Below, piece after piece: positions 1-12,100 of a DNA stretch of 64,000 bases. Below the pieces are notes generated by a model. It searched no databases. It saw only the letters and a program-made list of their open reading frames with translations, and was not told the origin of the DNA. The position numbers were made by a program, and so were the translations under genes. Location of the stretch: NCBI GenBank assembly GCA_905178155.1, contig CAJINV010000014.1, positions 592,116 to 656,115 of the forward strand. Direction: 5' to 3'. This DNA is from Amoebophrya sp. A120. Lineage: Eukaryota > Protista > Dinoflagellata. How positions within the stretch are numbered: position 1 is the first letter of the stretch; every line of letters starts with the position of its first letter.

Positions 1-79
1 ACGACGACGGCGGCGGTGGGAGCCGACGCGGCGACGCGGGGGGGGACTTCTGCGAGCCAGCCGCTCCGGCAGCGAAAGG

Positions 80-123
80 GGGGGACCTCTTGTCCACCCG
101 GCCGGGCGGACAAGAGGTCCCCC
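80..123. repeat. 44-bp near-perfect GC-rich palindrome
   Basis: gggggacctcttgtcc-a-cccggccggg-c-ggacaagaggtccccc; one mismatch (96/107); a T-rich tract follows. Confidence 0.9.
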
Positions 124-740
124 GAGGCCCTCTTGTTTTATTTTGTTACCTCGCTCTTGTTCTTTAAATTTTGACACTACTTCTGCGCAATAAATACGTA
201 CCACAGCCACGGCCGATGCGTCTGCGCCTGACTCTGATGCACCAAAATAAAATTAAAAACAAACGCGAGGCCAGCGCGCTTCTTTGCCAGTGGGGGGAAA
301 ATGAAAAAAAAAAGCCCCCTGCAGGCAGATGCAATCTTCATACGTGACAACCCTCGCGCCGGCCCGAAAATTGCAAGGCCGCCCCTTGTATCTTTTTGTA
401 GCGTTCACAATAAGATCAGAAAAAGAATGACGTGCGCGCTTCTCAAGGTGAGCGGTAAAAGCCTCCCTCATACTGTAGTGCAAGTCTCAGAAGGTAAGTG
501 AATGCTTCTGCAGTAGTGGTTAGACCACTTCTGCACCCCCAGTGACGTTTCACCGCCCGTTTTAGCAGTGCCCGGCCACCAGGGGGGAGCTTGCCGCTGG
601 CGTCTCCTCTTGCCGCTGGCATTCAAGAACCAGTGCCATTACCTCCTCATCCATGGCTCCAGAAAAAAAAAGGCTAAAAAAAAATGTGAAAAAATAAAAA
701 AAAAATGTGAAAAAAATAAAAATGAAGAAAGCAGGACAAA

Positions 741-932
741 AATAAAATCAGAATTAATAGGAACCCGCCTAGACGAAGCTAAACCCTGAAACCCTGGGAG
801 ACCCGGCCGCGACAGGCGCCCATCTTGTCACATGCGATCCCTACATGCATAGTTTTTTGGAAAAGAAAAGCAAAAAGATGAAGAAAAAAATCGAGCATGG
901 CGAGCGAATCTCGCGGCGGCCTATGCAGGACA
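741..932. repeat. Dispersed ~190-bp repeat, copy 1 (partner 8421-8618)
   Basis: Shares the blocks aaaccctgaaa, gacccggccgcgac, cgcccatcttgt, gatccctacatgcata, gatgaagaaaaaatc and ggcggcctatg(c/a)aggaca with 8421-8618. Confidence 0.85.
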
Positions 933-1361
933 AAAACGAAAAAAAAAACGCGCTGTGAGGCTGTATAGAAGTAGTGGCGCGGTAGGTTAATAGAATGCAA
1001 AGCCGACTGCGCTCTGGATGGGGTAGAGCTACAGGTGCGGCTGGCGACATGGGCATATCAGCTGAAATGGATCTGGATGGATTTTTAAATCGATATCGAG
1101 TAAATATAATATACGTATTTATGCGCACTCTCCATGATCGAGTGCTTTTTATAGGAGACGAAAAAGAAGGGGCTACGCCTGTCAAGATCTTCGTCTCTGA
1201 TGCAGCTATGAGCCCCCTGCGGGGCTGTTTGTTGAGTGTTCGAAAAAACGAAGCAGCTGCACCGGCGCACACAGGTGTAAAAGTCTTGCGACTGCTTCAT
1301 CTGTGAGCCCCAATCTCATCGCAATGTCCGACCACCGCACCAGCGTCAGTGGCTGCCCTTG

Positions 1362-2744
1362 CTACTGAGGGTCTGCGTTTTGGCTTTCGCCGCCAGGGGG
1401 GGCATCGCCGTTTTCTTGGTTGGCGCTACCATTTGGCGCCGCCGGCTGGACCTGACTTTTACCATCTGCCGGAGAACTGCACTGCGCCTGGTCTAGTTCT
1501 TCACACATTGTCCCGTCGGGGTCGCCATACGGGAACGCATTCGCGAGCCGGTTGGCTGTGCACTCATCCTGCCGCACCTGGGGTGGCAATTTTTGTTCCG
1601 CACGCAGATAATCTAAAAACTTTTCCGGCTTTTCCCAGAGAAGCGCGACCCTTGAGGCCCATACACCCATCCCGGTGACGACATGCAGGGAGTTTCCTAT
1701 GTTCTGGAAAAGGTTGAACGCGCGGAGGCCGGTTGCCTCCGCACACGTGGGCCAGCGCGTTTTGCCAGTGGTTTGCACGATGGACTGTGGGAACCCGGGA
1801 AGGCGGAAAGTCGTGTCATGGAGATGAATGGGGGCGCCCTTGGCAATGTTGAAAGCGTTCGCCAAGTATTTGCTCTCTTTCAACTCCACGGCAATCTTGG
1901 CATACACACAGTCCAGCTCGTCGTAACTCATTGTAACTCCAACATCAGTGCGGCGCTCTGCAGCTCCGCCTCTGGTAAACATGTATTTTGGAGGCCCTTC
2001 GAGCGCGCCCGCCCCGATGTAAATGCACTCGACGTCGCCGCCGATCTCTACGTACTTGAGCACTGCGCTTTCTTTGTTTTCGCTTGTGTCGAAGCTAGCG
2101 ACGAACTCACTTTTCCCATCCGTTCCGCGCGTAAAAAGGGCCTCAACGGCCGCCCGCATCCCGAACGGAAGGAGGGGCACGGGGCCCAACAAGGTTAAAA
2201 CCTCCTCCAGATAGGAGTAGACCAATACAGCATCGTGCTGCGCGTGTTCTCTCTTCGCTTCGTCCGGATCCTTCGCCCTTGTTCCGCGTACAGCCCTGCT
2301 AAGATCCTTCCCAATCTCAGGAACACTGTCCAGGAGTTGTGACAATTCCTGTCGTCGCTGTTCGGGTTTCAGGTCAAACATTGTCGCCGCGGCTGACGCC
2401 ACCTCCCCATCTTTTTTTGATTTTGCCGCCTGAGGTGCCACGCGCCGCGCTGTTCTGCTGGCGACACACTCATCCCGGGCCACATCGGTGAAAGTTCTCA
2501 ACAGAATACTGGACACGGCAAGGAGTGTCGACAGCGTTAAAACAATTACTCCGCCAGCCAGTAACGCGCCAACGACGAAACCAATCGCGCCAGCGCCAGC
2601 GGAAACGGTTCCAGCTGCTCCGGCGCCCGCTACAAAAGCCACAAACCCAGGGAGCCCCACTGCAGCCACTGAAGCCGCTGCCACCGCCGCGCCTGCGCCT
2701 GCACCCTTCAATACAAGTCCGCCAGTCATATGCAAGACAACCAA
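1362..2744 (-). CDS. Hypothetical protein with N-terminal Gly/Ala/Val-rich hydrophobic (glycine-zipper-like) membrane segments
   Basis: 460-aa uninterrupted ORF of natural composition; the true start is uncertain (track starts at TTG); no recognised family. Confidence 0.6.
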   Translation of the reverse strand: MVVLHMTGGLVLKGAGAGAAVAAASVAAVGLPGFVAFVAGAGAAGTVSAGAGAIGFVVGALLAGGVIVLTLSTLLAVSSILLRTFTDVARDECVASRTARRVAPQAAKSKKDGEVASAAATMFDLKPEQRRQELSQLLDSVPEIGKDLSRAVRGTRAKDPDEAKREHAQHDAVLVYSYLEEVLTLLGPVPLLPFGMRAAVEALFTRGTDGKSEFVASFDTSENKESAVLKYVEIGGDVECIYIGAGALEGPPKYMFTRGGAAERRTDVGVTMSYDELDCVYAKIAVELKESKYLANAFNIAKGAPIHLHDTTFRLPGFPQSIVQTTGKTRWPTCAEATGLRAFNLFQNIGNSLHVVTGMGVWASRVALLWEKPEKFLDYLRAEQKLPPQVRQDECTANRLANAFPYGDPDGTMCEELDQAQCSSPADGKSQVQPAAPNGSANQENGDAPPGGESQNADPQ

Positions 2745-3749
2745 AAAAACTACCGGAGCAAGGGCACCGGCCCCAGGCGGAGGGCGATTTCGCGCGCGCC
2801 CCCGTCCCTCCGAACTCCGGACTGTGGCCGTTCCCTCTGGTTTTTCCCGCCCACTTCATCATATAAATACGGTGAGCGACGTTGCTTGGCGGGCGGCTGC
2901 CGTGCCACCAATCGTTCGGCGCGTGCGCCCGCCCGCCGGCAACACACCGGCCGCCGTGAGTCGACCGAACTGCCGCGGGGCGCGGATTTTTCGGGGAGGG
3001 TCGGAAAAAAAAACGCGGAGGCGCACGCAGCTCGCACAATCAACCACCACAAGAAGGCAGCCGTCTCTTGTTCCCCTCATGTGATGCTCTTGGAGTGTCC
3101 CCCGTTGGCAAGCTGCTGTGTGTGCTCCCCCCTTCAGCTCGAGGGCATCATCACTTTTTGCCCCGGGCTGGTTGGGCAAATACTGCAAGGCGAAGGCGCA
3201 AGCACGCCCGCCTTCAGACCGCAGCCACTCTATCGGAAGCAACCCCCAAAAGACGGATAAACAGCTCCCCCTGTGGTGGCAACGGCCCAGCGGGCGCGGA
3301 GTGGAGGCTCTTTTTCTCTTTTTATCATGACTTGGAAAGACCAAAGACCCTCTCTTCGCGTCGGAAACGCACCTCCTTGGGAAATGAGCACCCAAAAAAA
3401 TGCTAGAACTTCAAGCATTTTCGTAAAAACATTTTGAAGAGAAAAAGTCAGGCGGTTCTGCGACCCGAAAAAATTGGGCGCGGGCTAAGAACAACACTGC
3501 AGGCACCTTGCAGGCAGGGTGGTAGAGTGAGCGTTGCTCTCGGCGGTGTGGCCGTGGCGCGGGCAATAGTGCGCTGCAATAAAGAGACTATAGAAAAAAT
3601 TTGCGCGCTAGCGCTCTCGGATATTTATAGTCCATCCCTTTCTACTCCACCGGATGCGATAGTTCATCTACCACGTGTGCTAGAAAAGGCCAGGGCTTGC
3701 GATCTTTCTTTTACTTTTGCACGTAATGATATACTAATAAATATAAAAC

Positions 3750-4510
3750 CCTAACTCACTGAATTATCATTCCAGAAAAAAACCCGCTTGCGGAGTGATT
3801 CAGGAGTCAGATTTTTATTCTTCTCTGGTTCGAGTGATAATTCAGTGAATTATCGGGCGACCTCTCGTTCGGGACCAAGGCCTCGTTGCGAACGCGGCCT
3901 CGTTCCCGAACGAGAAATAGGGTGTCTCACTTTTTGAAAAATCTAAATCTCACTTACACTTCCGGAGTGAGATTTTTCCTGGAGTGGGAATTCAATGCAT
4001 TCTCATTCTCTTTCTCGTTCCGGAACGAGAAATCGATTGGGAATTCGCTAATTTCATCGCACTTTTTGAAAAATCTCAATTCTGGAGCTGAAATTTTTCC
4101 TGGAGCGCGAATTCGCTGTCGCTGAGTTCTCACCTTTAGATTTTTCCTGGAGTGAGAACAACCTCAACGAGTTTTCAATTTTGAATTTTTCCTCGACTGA
4201 GAACGCAGTGAGCTCTCAATTGGCTTCGCGTTCCGGAACGACAAGTCAAGTGGGAATTAACTGAGTTCTCGCTTTTTGAAAAATTCCACTCCTTTCTAGG
4301 ATTTTCCTCCGGAGTCATTGACTTCGAAGTGAGATTTATTGTGTGGTGAAGACTCACTGAATCGTGATCACTAACGAGGCCTCGTCGGCCGGCGGAAGTG
4401 TGACAAATGCCAACGCACTGAATTGATGGCCCGGGATGGCCTGCGGCGTGGTGGCGGTTCCTTCGTCCGGTTTTCGAGGTCTGCGCGCCTCGTTCCCGAA
4501 CGGGGGATAT
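3750..4510. repeat. Degenerate palindrome-rich satellite-like array
   Basis: Recurrent cgttcc(c/g)gaacg palindromic cores (about 3900, 4011-4032 as a perfect 22-mer, 4230, 4490), plus repeated ctttttgaaaaat and atttttcctggag blocks. Confidence 0.75.
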
Positions 4511-5148
4511 TCCTCGAAATCCTCGGGCTGCCAGAAAATAATGCTAATGCCGCAGAAGGTGAGGGTATATAGATACACACCATGCCGCGCAGGCACAAAC
4601 AAAGCCAGCGCCACATGAAAAGTAGGGAAGGGTGGCTGGGGAAAGGCGGAAGAGGCCTCCTCGGTTGTGAATGAGCGGGCAGGGCAGTCTCCTCGGGCCC
4701 GGCAGGCGGTGGGAGGGCAATAGCAAGGTAGGCTAGGCCGGCGGGCAGCCGGCCGAAACCAACCATCCGGGGGGCAATAATTTGCCTGAAAAAGAGATCG
4801 CAGGAACGCTAGAAGCCCAAAAACCAGAACGCGGGCCCGTGCGGCCTAGTTTGTGAATTAGAACTTCCTTTTTCGCTGATTCAGCAAAATGAAAAGGGGG
4901 GGGAACAGGCCCGGGGCTGGGGCCCCGCGCCCGACTTGGCGGGAATCAGAAGGAGCGCGCGCTTTTCGTGCGCGCAGCCAGACACACAACGCGGCGGCAG
5001 CACGATACCCCTCGCCCTCTGCAGGCCCACCTTTGCGCAAGCTTTCTTTATTTATTAAGCTCCGAAGAGGTGTAGCCAACGGGGCGCTGCCGCGGGCCGA
5101 CGGGTCAACGCCTGTGCGGCGCGCCCACTCAGCCCTCCATTCAACCTG

Positions 5149-7731
5149 CTACGCCAGCAGGGTCGGCCGACGTACAACGCCTGGTCCGTGTCGCTTTTCG
5201 GTTTCTGTCCTGTGCTGTTGGGTTTCTGACGCCGACGCCCCTTGTTCCGGGTAGTTTATCTTCGCATACGCAACCCCAAGTCCAAAAAGCAGCCACTCGA
5301 AAATTCTTTTCTCCTTTTTCTTTTTTGCCACGCGAGTCTGAAAGAATGACACCGGATTAGCACTAGGTACCGCCACGACGTCGCGTGATTGTGCCGGCGC
5401 TCCCACACCGTTTTCCGCGGCGGACGACCGGCGTGGGTCTTTTTCCTCGACCAGAGCAGCTACGGCTTCAAGTTCTGGCTCCCAGATGTGCTGACACGCG
5501 CATAACTGTGGAGGCTTGTAGAAATAAATATGCTCCATCCACCCACTGGATGCAGATGTTCCCCGGGCCAGAAATTGCTTAACGATAACGGGGTCCCAGG
5601 ATTTTGCGGCATATCTCTCAGCCAGGTGGGTGTTGACATACCAGTTCTGAAAGACCAGCAGCTGCTCACAAGTAATCGTCACATCTATCGTCCGATGCCG
5701 CTCAGGGCGGGCATCAGATAAAGGCACAGGGCGAGTGGACCCCTCGGGTGGTAGTGGCGCAACGGCTGCAGAACCTTTGACCTCGAAGGCGTTGGCACGG
5801 TCTCCATCCCCTGCGACAATGGGATTCACCCCTGAGACTACATGGGATCGCCACGGACCCCGAAAAAAAACGCTGGCAAGCGTCATCGAGCCTGTCACCT
5901 CTGCTTGGTGAAATTCCGCAGGAACACAACGCCCCGCCTTCGCTTCTTCCCATGAAGAGCCGCTCCACGTATACAAGCGCACTAGACTTTGCGCAAATTT
6001 GCCCATCTCGCTGTGCTTGAGGTCCACCGGGACGTATACCTTTGCGCCGGGCGTGTCTGCTGGCACCTGTTCACTGCAATATCCGCGCTGCCAGAAGCCC
6101 GACGTCTGCACCCCTACTTCGCAAACAAATCCGGTTTTTCGCTGCACCCCGCTTTCGCTACATTCGCCCGGCGGCGTTCCCAAATCACTGGCGCGGCTAG
6201 CATGCGGTTTTACGTTGCTCCCCCACGCACGGCTACTGACCTCTGTAGTGCGGATCTCGTTCGGAAAATCCGCCACCGCTGAGTAAAGCAACGTATTGAG
6301 CTCCTTTTCAATCGAATACGTGACACGCCCAAAACGATTCAAGCCGGAAGCCAGGCTCTCTTCGAAGCGCGCTTGCCAGGTTTCTGGAGAAACGTTGTAC
6401 TGGTACTTCGAGGGGTCATATTGCCCATCTGCATCAGGGAGTTCCTGATAGAACGGAAAGTACGAAAAATCAGGCCACGCGCTCGAGTGGCTGGGCGAGC
6501 GTTCGACGAGCCGCCGTTGCCACTTATTGTTTTCGCTGTGAGCCAGATCATAGTCCGGCAAAGGGCATGACAGTTCTTTGCGTTTCCTCTCCTCTTCTTC
6601 TTCCGGCAAGGTCAACCCCTCTCCCATCTGCGTCGCCTCCCCCCTCGTCCCCTTGGGCGGGTCAGGTACAAAACTTGCGAAGCTACGACAGGTTTTGATA
6701 GCTCCTTCGATAGGGTTTATGTTTCCGAAGCCAGTCCCTACACAACGAGACACCACCAAACTACTGGCCCCCCTGCTGCTTTCGCTACCTCGGAATTCTC
6801 CGGCGTTTGTGGCGGGATTAGAAGTCCAAGTAAGTGGATTGCCGGCGTGGTGCTTCCAGCCGCCGTAGGATTCCGTCGCAGCAAACGTTCCTATCGGCCC
6901 ACGTAGCCACGGAGCGTTTGTCCAGCGTTCGTTGGCTAGTAACTCGTTGTCGGGAGTATCTCCAGATGCATGACCTTGAAGACGGCTAATCTGCCGAAGA
7001 GGCAGGCTGTGCAAGTTTTCTACGGCGGACGTCAGTGCGAGGCCCAACCTCTCCCTTGGGCGAACAACCGGCAACGCCGCAAATACATAAGCACGGTCGC
7101 GCATTTTTTGCCTTTCCATGCGTCGCGCGGCCAGGAAATGCGACGGGGGCGGCACGGACACAAAAACCCACAGAAGCTCGGCGAGAACCACCGCGCCAAT
7201 GACGGCAGTCGTCGCGGCGCCAATAATGGAACCGAAGCCCAGAGTAAATTTGAAGAAATACGTCAATGCAACGAACGCCACTGCGCCGGCACCGCCACGG
7301 TTGATTGATCGCGCGGCAACCCCGCCCATCAGCTTGTTTCCGACTGACTCGGTCATAAATGTCCAACCCGCCGTCCAGAACTGCGTGTAGTCCAGGCCAT
7401 GGTAGACCATCGAACCAATTCCCACAATCGCAGCGTTGACGAAAATACTCGGCATACCGGCGTAAAAATGATGAAAATTCGCAACGGTTGCGAGAAAACC
7501 GAAGAGGAGCTCTTCGGGGCAGGCGTAACAAGGGATCCTAACATGGCCGTGACCTGCCGCGTCCGCACTGCACCTGGACGAGCCATGTGCCCTGGCTGCC
7601 CCATCCACGGGCGACCAATCAAGCGGAAGCCAATGACCCGCTCGGATCGGGTCGTGGGAGGCCCTAAACACAAAGGATTGTGGTTCAGCAACTACATAGC
7701 CAGAGGACGGAGAGGCCCAACGAAGGTGCAC
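5149..7731 (-). CDS. Large hypothetical membrane protein (exon or gene)
   Basis: 860-aa open frame with several hydrophobic helices in the first ~190 aa; the frame stays open to about 7800, so it may be the last exon of a spliced gene. Confidence 0.6.
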   Translation of the reverse strand: MHLRWASPSSGYVVAEPQSFVFRASHDPIRAGHWLPLDWSPVDGAARAHGSSRCSADAAGHGHVRIPCYACPEELLFGFLATVANFHHFYAGMPSIFVNAAIVGIGSMVYHGLDYTQFWTAGWTFMTESVGNKLMGGVAARSINRGGAGAVAFVALTYFFKFTLGFGSIIGAATTAVIGAVVLAELLWVFVSVPPPSHFLAARRMERQKMRDRAYVFAALPVVRPRERLGLALTSAVENLHSLPLRQISRLQGHASGDTPDNELLANERWTNAPWLRGPIGTFAATESYGGWKHHAGNPLTWTSNPATNAGEFRGSESSRGASSLVVSRCVGTGFGNINPIEGAIKTCRSFASFVPDPPKGTRGEATQMGEGLTLPEEEEERKRKELSCPLPDYDLAHSENNKWQRRLVERSPSHSSAWPDFSYFPFYQELPDADGQYDPSKYQYNVSPETWQARFEESLASGLNRFGRVTYSIEKELNTLLYSAVADFPNEIRTTEVSSRAWGSNVKPHASRASDLGTPPGECSESGVQRKTGFVCEVGVQTSGFWQRGYCSEQVPADTPGAKVYVPVDLKHSEMGKFAQSLVRLYTWSGSSWEEAKAGRCVPAEFHQAEVTGSMTLASVFFRGPWRSHVVSGVNPIVAGDGDRANAFEVKGSAAVAPLPPEGSTRPVPLSDARPERHRTIDVTITCEQLLVFQNWYVNTHLAERYAAKSWDPVIVKQFLARGTSASSGWMEHIYFYKPPQLCACQHIWEPELEAVAALVEEKDPRRSSAAENGVGAPAQSRDVVAVPSANPVSFFQTRVAKKKKEKRIFEWLLFGLGVAYAKINYPEQGASASETQQHRTETEKRHGPGVVRRPTLLA

Positions 7732-8420
7732 CGCAATCGCTTTTGACCGGGCTGCACAGGAAGCCAGAGCAATCCATATCCACCAGACTGCCTCCTGAGC
7801 TAGCTACTGATATATAAAGCCCAAAATGAGCCATGGCCACTTTCTTTATTACCCTGCCTAACAAAGTCAGTCTTTACCCTGCCTAGCAAAGCAGTACTTT
7901 CAAATTGTTTTTGTTAGTCCTGTCGAATATGACATATTTCAGAGGATTATTTGAAAGTGCTGCATATTTAAAACTACACTCTAAAATGTACTACTTCCTG
8001 TAGACCGGGGTAACAAATGACCCGTTAAGTCGCGCCCGCGAGTTACGCATAGGGCCGGCTGGCCGGAAACTTAACTCGCGGCCTGAAAGGCGGACGATTT
8101 TTGATGGGTGCAAAATAAATTTGTAAAATTTAGAACCATGCCTGCGCGCTTAAAAGCCGCGCTCGTTGCGCTTCGCCGCCCGTGGCATGACGGCGGGCGC
8201 TTTCCATGAGACGCAGCTGCCGCGTCGCTTGCCCCCTGAATACTTGCAGGACGAACTCTGTGAAAACGAGCGCACTTAGCCTGATGGTACGACGTTGCAA
8301 TGAAGGGCTTCTATTTATCACTTTGGGCAGTACCGAAAGCGAGCAGCTGCTAGCGCTATTACCAGCCCAACCCGGAAGCGAATATCGCCGGCGAACCCCG
8401 GGGCCAGGGCCTTGAAAAAG

Positions 8421-8618
8421 AATAAGATCAGAATAGGAACCCCAAACAGTCCTATAATTACCCATAAACCCTGAAAGACCCGGCCGCGACGGACGCCCAT
8501 CTTGTTTTTTGTGATCCCTACATGCATACGTTTTTTGGGAAAGAAAGGAAAAAAAGACGAGGATGAAGAAAAAAATCAAGCGAGGCGAACGAAATCTCTC
8601 GGCGGCCTATGAAGGACA
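8421..8618. repeat. Dispersed ~190-bp repeat, copy 2; possible GT-AG intron on the minus strand
   Basis: Homologous to 741-932; on the minus strand it starts GTCCT (8617) and runs into tcttattctttttcaAG (8411). Confidence 0.8.
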
Positions 8619-9127
8619 TTGATAACAGTGGCCAGCCGGAAGTCCAACACAGTAGGGCTTCAGCTGCGCTGGCTTTAAGCCTGTAAGTAGTACAACAGAC
8701 CTGCGTAGGTACGTATGCGCCACAGCTTCTCTCATTCGAAGCCTGCAATCCGATGTGGATCAAGAAAGCGAGAAAAGCGAGAAGATAAATCAGCGAGACG
8801 AGGCACTACTCGGGGTCGGGCATGCAAATCAGGCAGAAGAAAGGACCGAAACAGGCGAGCTTGTCCGAGGACCGAAAGCCTAAGTCGCAGTCGCTTCTCC
8901 GCTGCTAGATCGCAGATCCCTCGGTCACAAAAGGATAAGAAAGCGACACCAGGGAGCCCAGAACCAAGTACGCCCGTGGGCCCAGTTGCTTGAGGGGACC
9001 GGCCAGACGATGCCCCCGGGGCGCCCCAGCACAACGTGGTCGGCCCCCTCCGTTTGCCGTCACATATATACGGTCCGTTCGCTCGGCCGGGCGGACGCGG
9101 TCGCCCCGGCCACGTGAAGATCCTTTG

Positions 9128-12100
9128 TTACACGTAGTGCGCGGCGAAAATCCCGAAGATGTCGACCGGCAAATCCGGTAGCCGATCCAGCCAGCCGTTT
9201 TCTGGAGCCAACATGTGTTTCAGGTGTGTCGCATGAGGACTCAAGTGTTCGTGCCCTTCACCGAGATCTTCGAGAAGTCCGCTCATGTCATGCTCTTTCG
9301 TAAAGTGAAAGCCCTTGTGGTGAACAAGATCAAAGAACATCTCTTCATGCTGAAGACCCATGATGATGAAGTCGACAGACTTCTGGAAATATTCGTGCAT
9401 CATGAAATACCGCTCGATGCCCTCCGCGTCCCAAGCATCTGGAAGCACAGTGCCTCTCACACCCCCCGTCACAAGTTGCGTCCCGAGGCCCTTTCCCCGC
9501 GCTTCCGCTTCTGCAACACGAGACGACACTGGCGCCACCCTTTCACCAGAAAGCACCTCTTTCCCTGCGGCATGGTGCCTCTTTTCTTTACGGGCTTTCT
9601 CGAGCGCTTCGGTGATTCGGCGCATCGCCTCAGTCTTCTTGTGGGAGATTACTCGCAGCTGCAAGCCAAACCCAAAACTCTCCGCCGCCGAGCCACTCAG
9701 CCCAAACATCTGCTCGTAAGTGGCCATTGCGTGAGAAAAGTCAGCCGCGCCTTGAGCGAAATCTGTTATGATCTCATGGTCCGCCTTCCGCAGTACGGTT
9801 AGCATCTTGCGCCAGTGTTTCCACTTAACCGTGTATGCAAGAAAGAAACTGCGTAGTTGTAAGTCTGTACTGTAAAGCACGCAACACGCATCCACTTGTC
9901 ATGTTAGCCAGCCACGAAGTAAGTTCTATCTCATTCGTGTTGTCACGTCGTACTAGCTGCGCATGACAGGCTTTCCCTTTCTCTGTGATTTGTCATGCTG
10001 TCACTCCAAGACCCTACAGTTGTAACACAGTTTTTTTCTTGCTTACCGTGGTGTCGGAGGCAGGACTCCCATGCGCTTCGGGGTCCGGACCATTTGCGTT
10101 CGGATCATATCTTTTATCTTTTTCCTCTAGCCCGGTTCGGCACGCTTTTTTTTGATGCCGTCCGCCGCCAAATTTTTCCCAACTGAGAAATTTCTCCCAG
10201 AGCCATCGATGCATCTTATAGGATGTTGTCAGAGAGCCACCGGTACCGATGCGAAGCTGTGCACGGCGAAGCTCTAGGCTTAACGGCCCCGACTGTTGGC
10301 TTGCTTCTTCGACTGCTCTGTTTATGTCTTGCAAGCCCTTCGCCTTCTCGATCTCGTTGGGCTTCTCCTTCTCGGGCCAGTTCACCTGCATTCCCACTCG
10401 TCCGTGATACGGATACCTGGCTCCAACGGTTCTGTCGTTTGTTTGAAAAATCTCGAGATCCACCTGGAATGTAGGATAACTCTTCTGGCCATAAATATTC
10501 AGCCAGTCCACATGCTCAGTGGTCTTCGAGGACAGGAATAGCTCCGCACACGGCGGGTCTGTGCCTTTCCGAAAATAAACGCAGCGCTCTTCTGGAAAAG
10601 AGTATCCGCCCTCGGAGGTCCGCGTCCGACGCGCGCAAAACCAAAAGCGACCAGTGAGTTTTGAAAACTCACTGCTTTTGGTAGGTTTTTCATAAAACAC
10701 CGCCTGCGTTTCGCTGTCAACACAACGACCGACCGCGATCTCATCACGGTGTCCGAAAACCAGGACCAGGCAGGAGGGACTGCGCAGGCGCGTTTCCTGA
10801 TCCACATTCTCTCTTTGCCAAGGCGTCAACACGACGCGACTTCTTGTTTCTTCTCCTTCGCTTGGATTACTTGTGGACGACGGCTTCTTTGACTTTGGCA
10901 ATTGCAATTCCAAACGATGAAACATAGTCTCCTCTGCCGCGTCGTAATTCGGGTGCGCAGATTTGTTCTCAACCTCCTGTATCGCTTCTACTTGCACGTA
11001 GGATGCCTGCGATGGATCGATTGCGGCACCAAAGCCGACGCGCAGGCCCTTTTCCTGATCTTTCACCATTTCGTACACCCGGCCGAGATCAGTCCGGAGG
11101 TAAGATTCGTACAACTCAAATACAACCGCGGTTGCGCCGTCCGCAGCGGGTTCTTTAATCTTGACAACCCTCGCCTTGCACATCTCGTTTGGGTCTTCAG
11201 TCACAGGCGTGGTTGCCGGATTGTTATTTCGGATGAACACATCGTCGCCAGGCCGCAAAGGCACCGCCTGGGAGGCGCTCCAGTGCAGCGCCGCACCTGG
11301 CTGGAATTCGTGTTTCACCAAGAAATTTTGCCACCAGGAGTCGGCGTACATGAAGAGTTGCTCATTGACAGACTGTGACTGCCTCCAGCCCGGCACATCA
11401 TCGGACTCTAGGCGGCCTGGGAATGCTGCGTGCTGCACTACGTTTGCCAAAAGCCCCTTTGCGAAATAGTCGTTGAGTCCTTCATCGACCAAGCCTCCCA
11501 TGGTTCGTGGCGCAATGAATTTAGCATTTTTGAATGGAAGATCAAATTTAGAAGCAAACTTTGGCAACGAGCTGTCCGAATGAAACTTCTGATCTTCGAC
11601 CGAGAGCACAAGGCGGTCCTTCGATAACCCGGGCATACGGCACGCGGCTGCTTTGATGCCAAGCACCCAATGCATGCTCTCCAAAGTGAGGCCATCGTCC
11701 GACCAAATCACCGTGCCTGTGTAAGGTATATGCACTGCAATTGCAAAAGCAACGCACCTCATATAAATAATTGGGTCGGACCTTTCGTACCGGCGTATAA
11801 AAAATGGGGTCTCTAATTCTGATCTACGTAGGAAATCAGAGTTGTCACGCAAAATCTACGAAGCGAAGTGCAACTGCTTCTACGACGAGTGCGTCACTTT
11901 TGCAGTGGATAGGGGAGTCTTACTGTAGATGTGTATTGATGCGGTGCGCTCACAACCTCAAGGCACCAGTCACTCCTGCATTCGCGGCCGTGGAATTTCA
12001 ACACGTGCTCGTCTGTGTGCGGGGCCCGTTGCCAAAGTTTATACTCCTCGGTGCTGTCTCCCTCAAGCTTCCCCGTTGAAAGAGCATTTCCCAACGCCCA

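Noticed and set aside
7850-7900. Tandem ~26-bp duplication (taccctgccta.caaag)
   Set aside because: Two copies only; likely local slippage.
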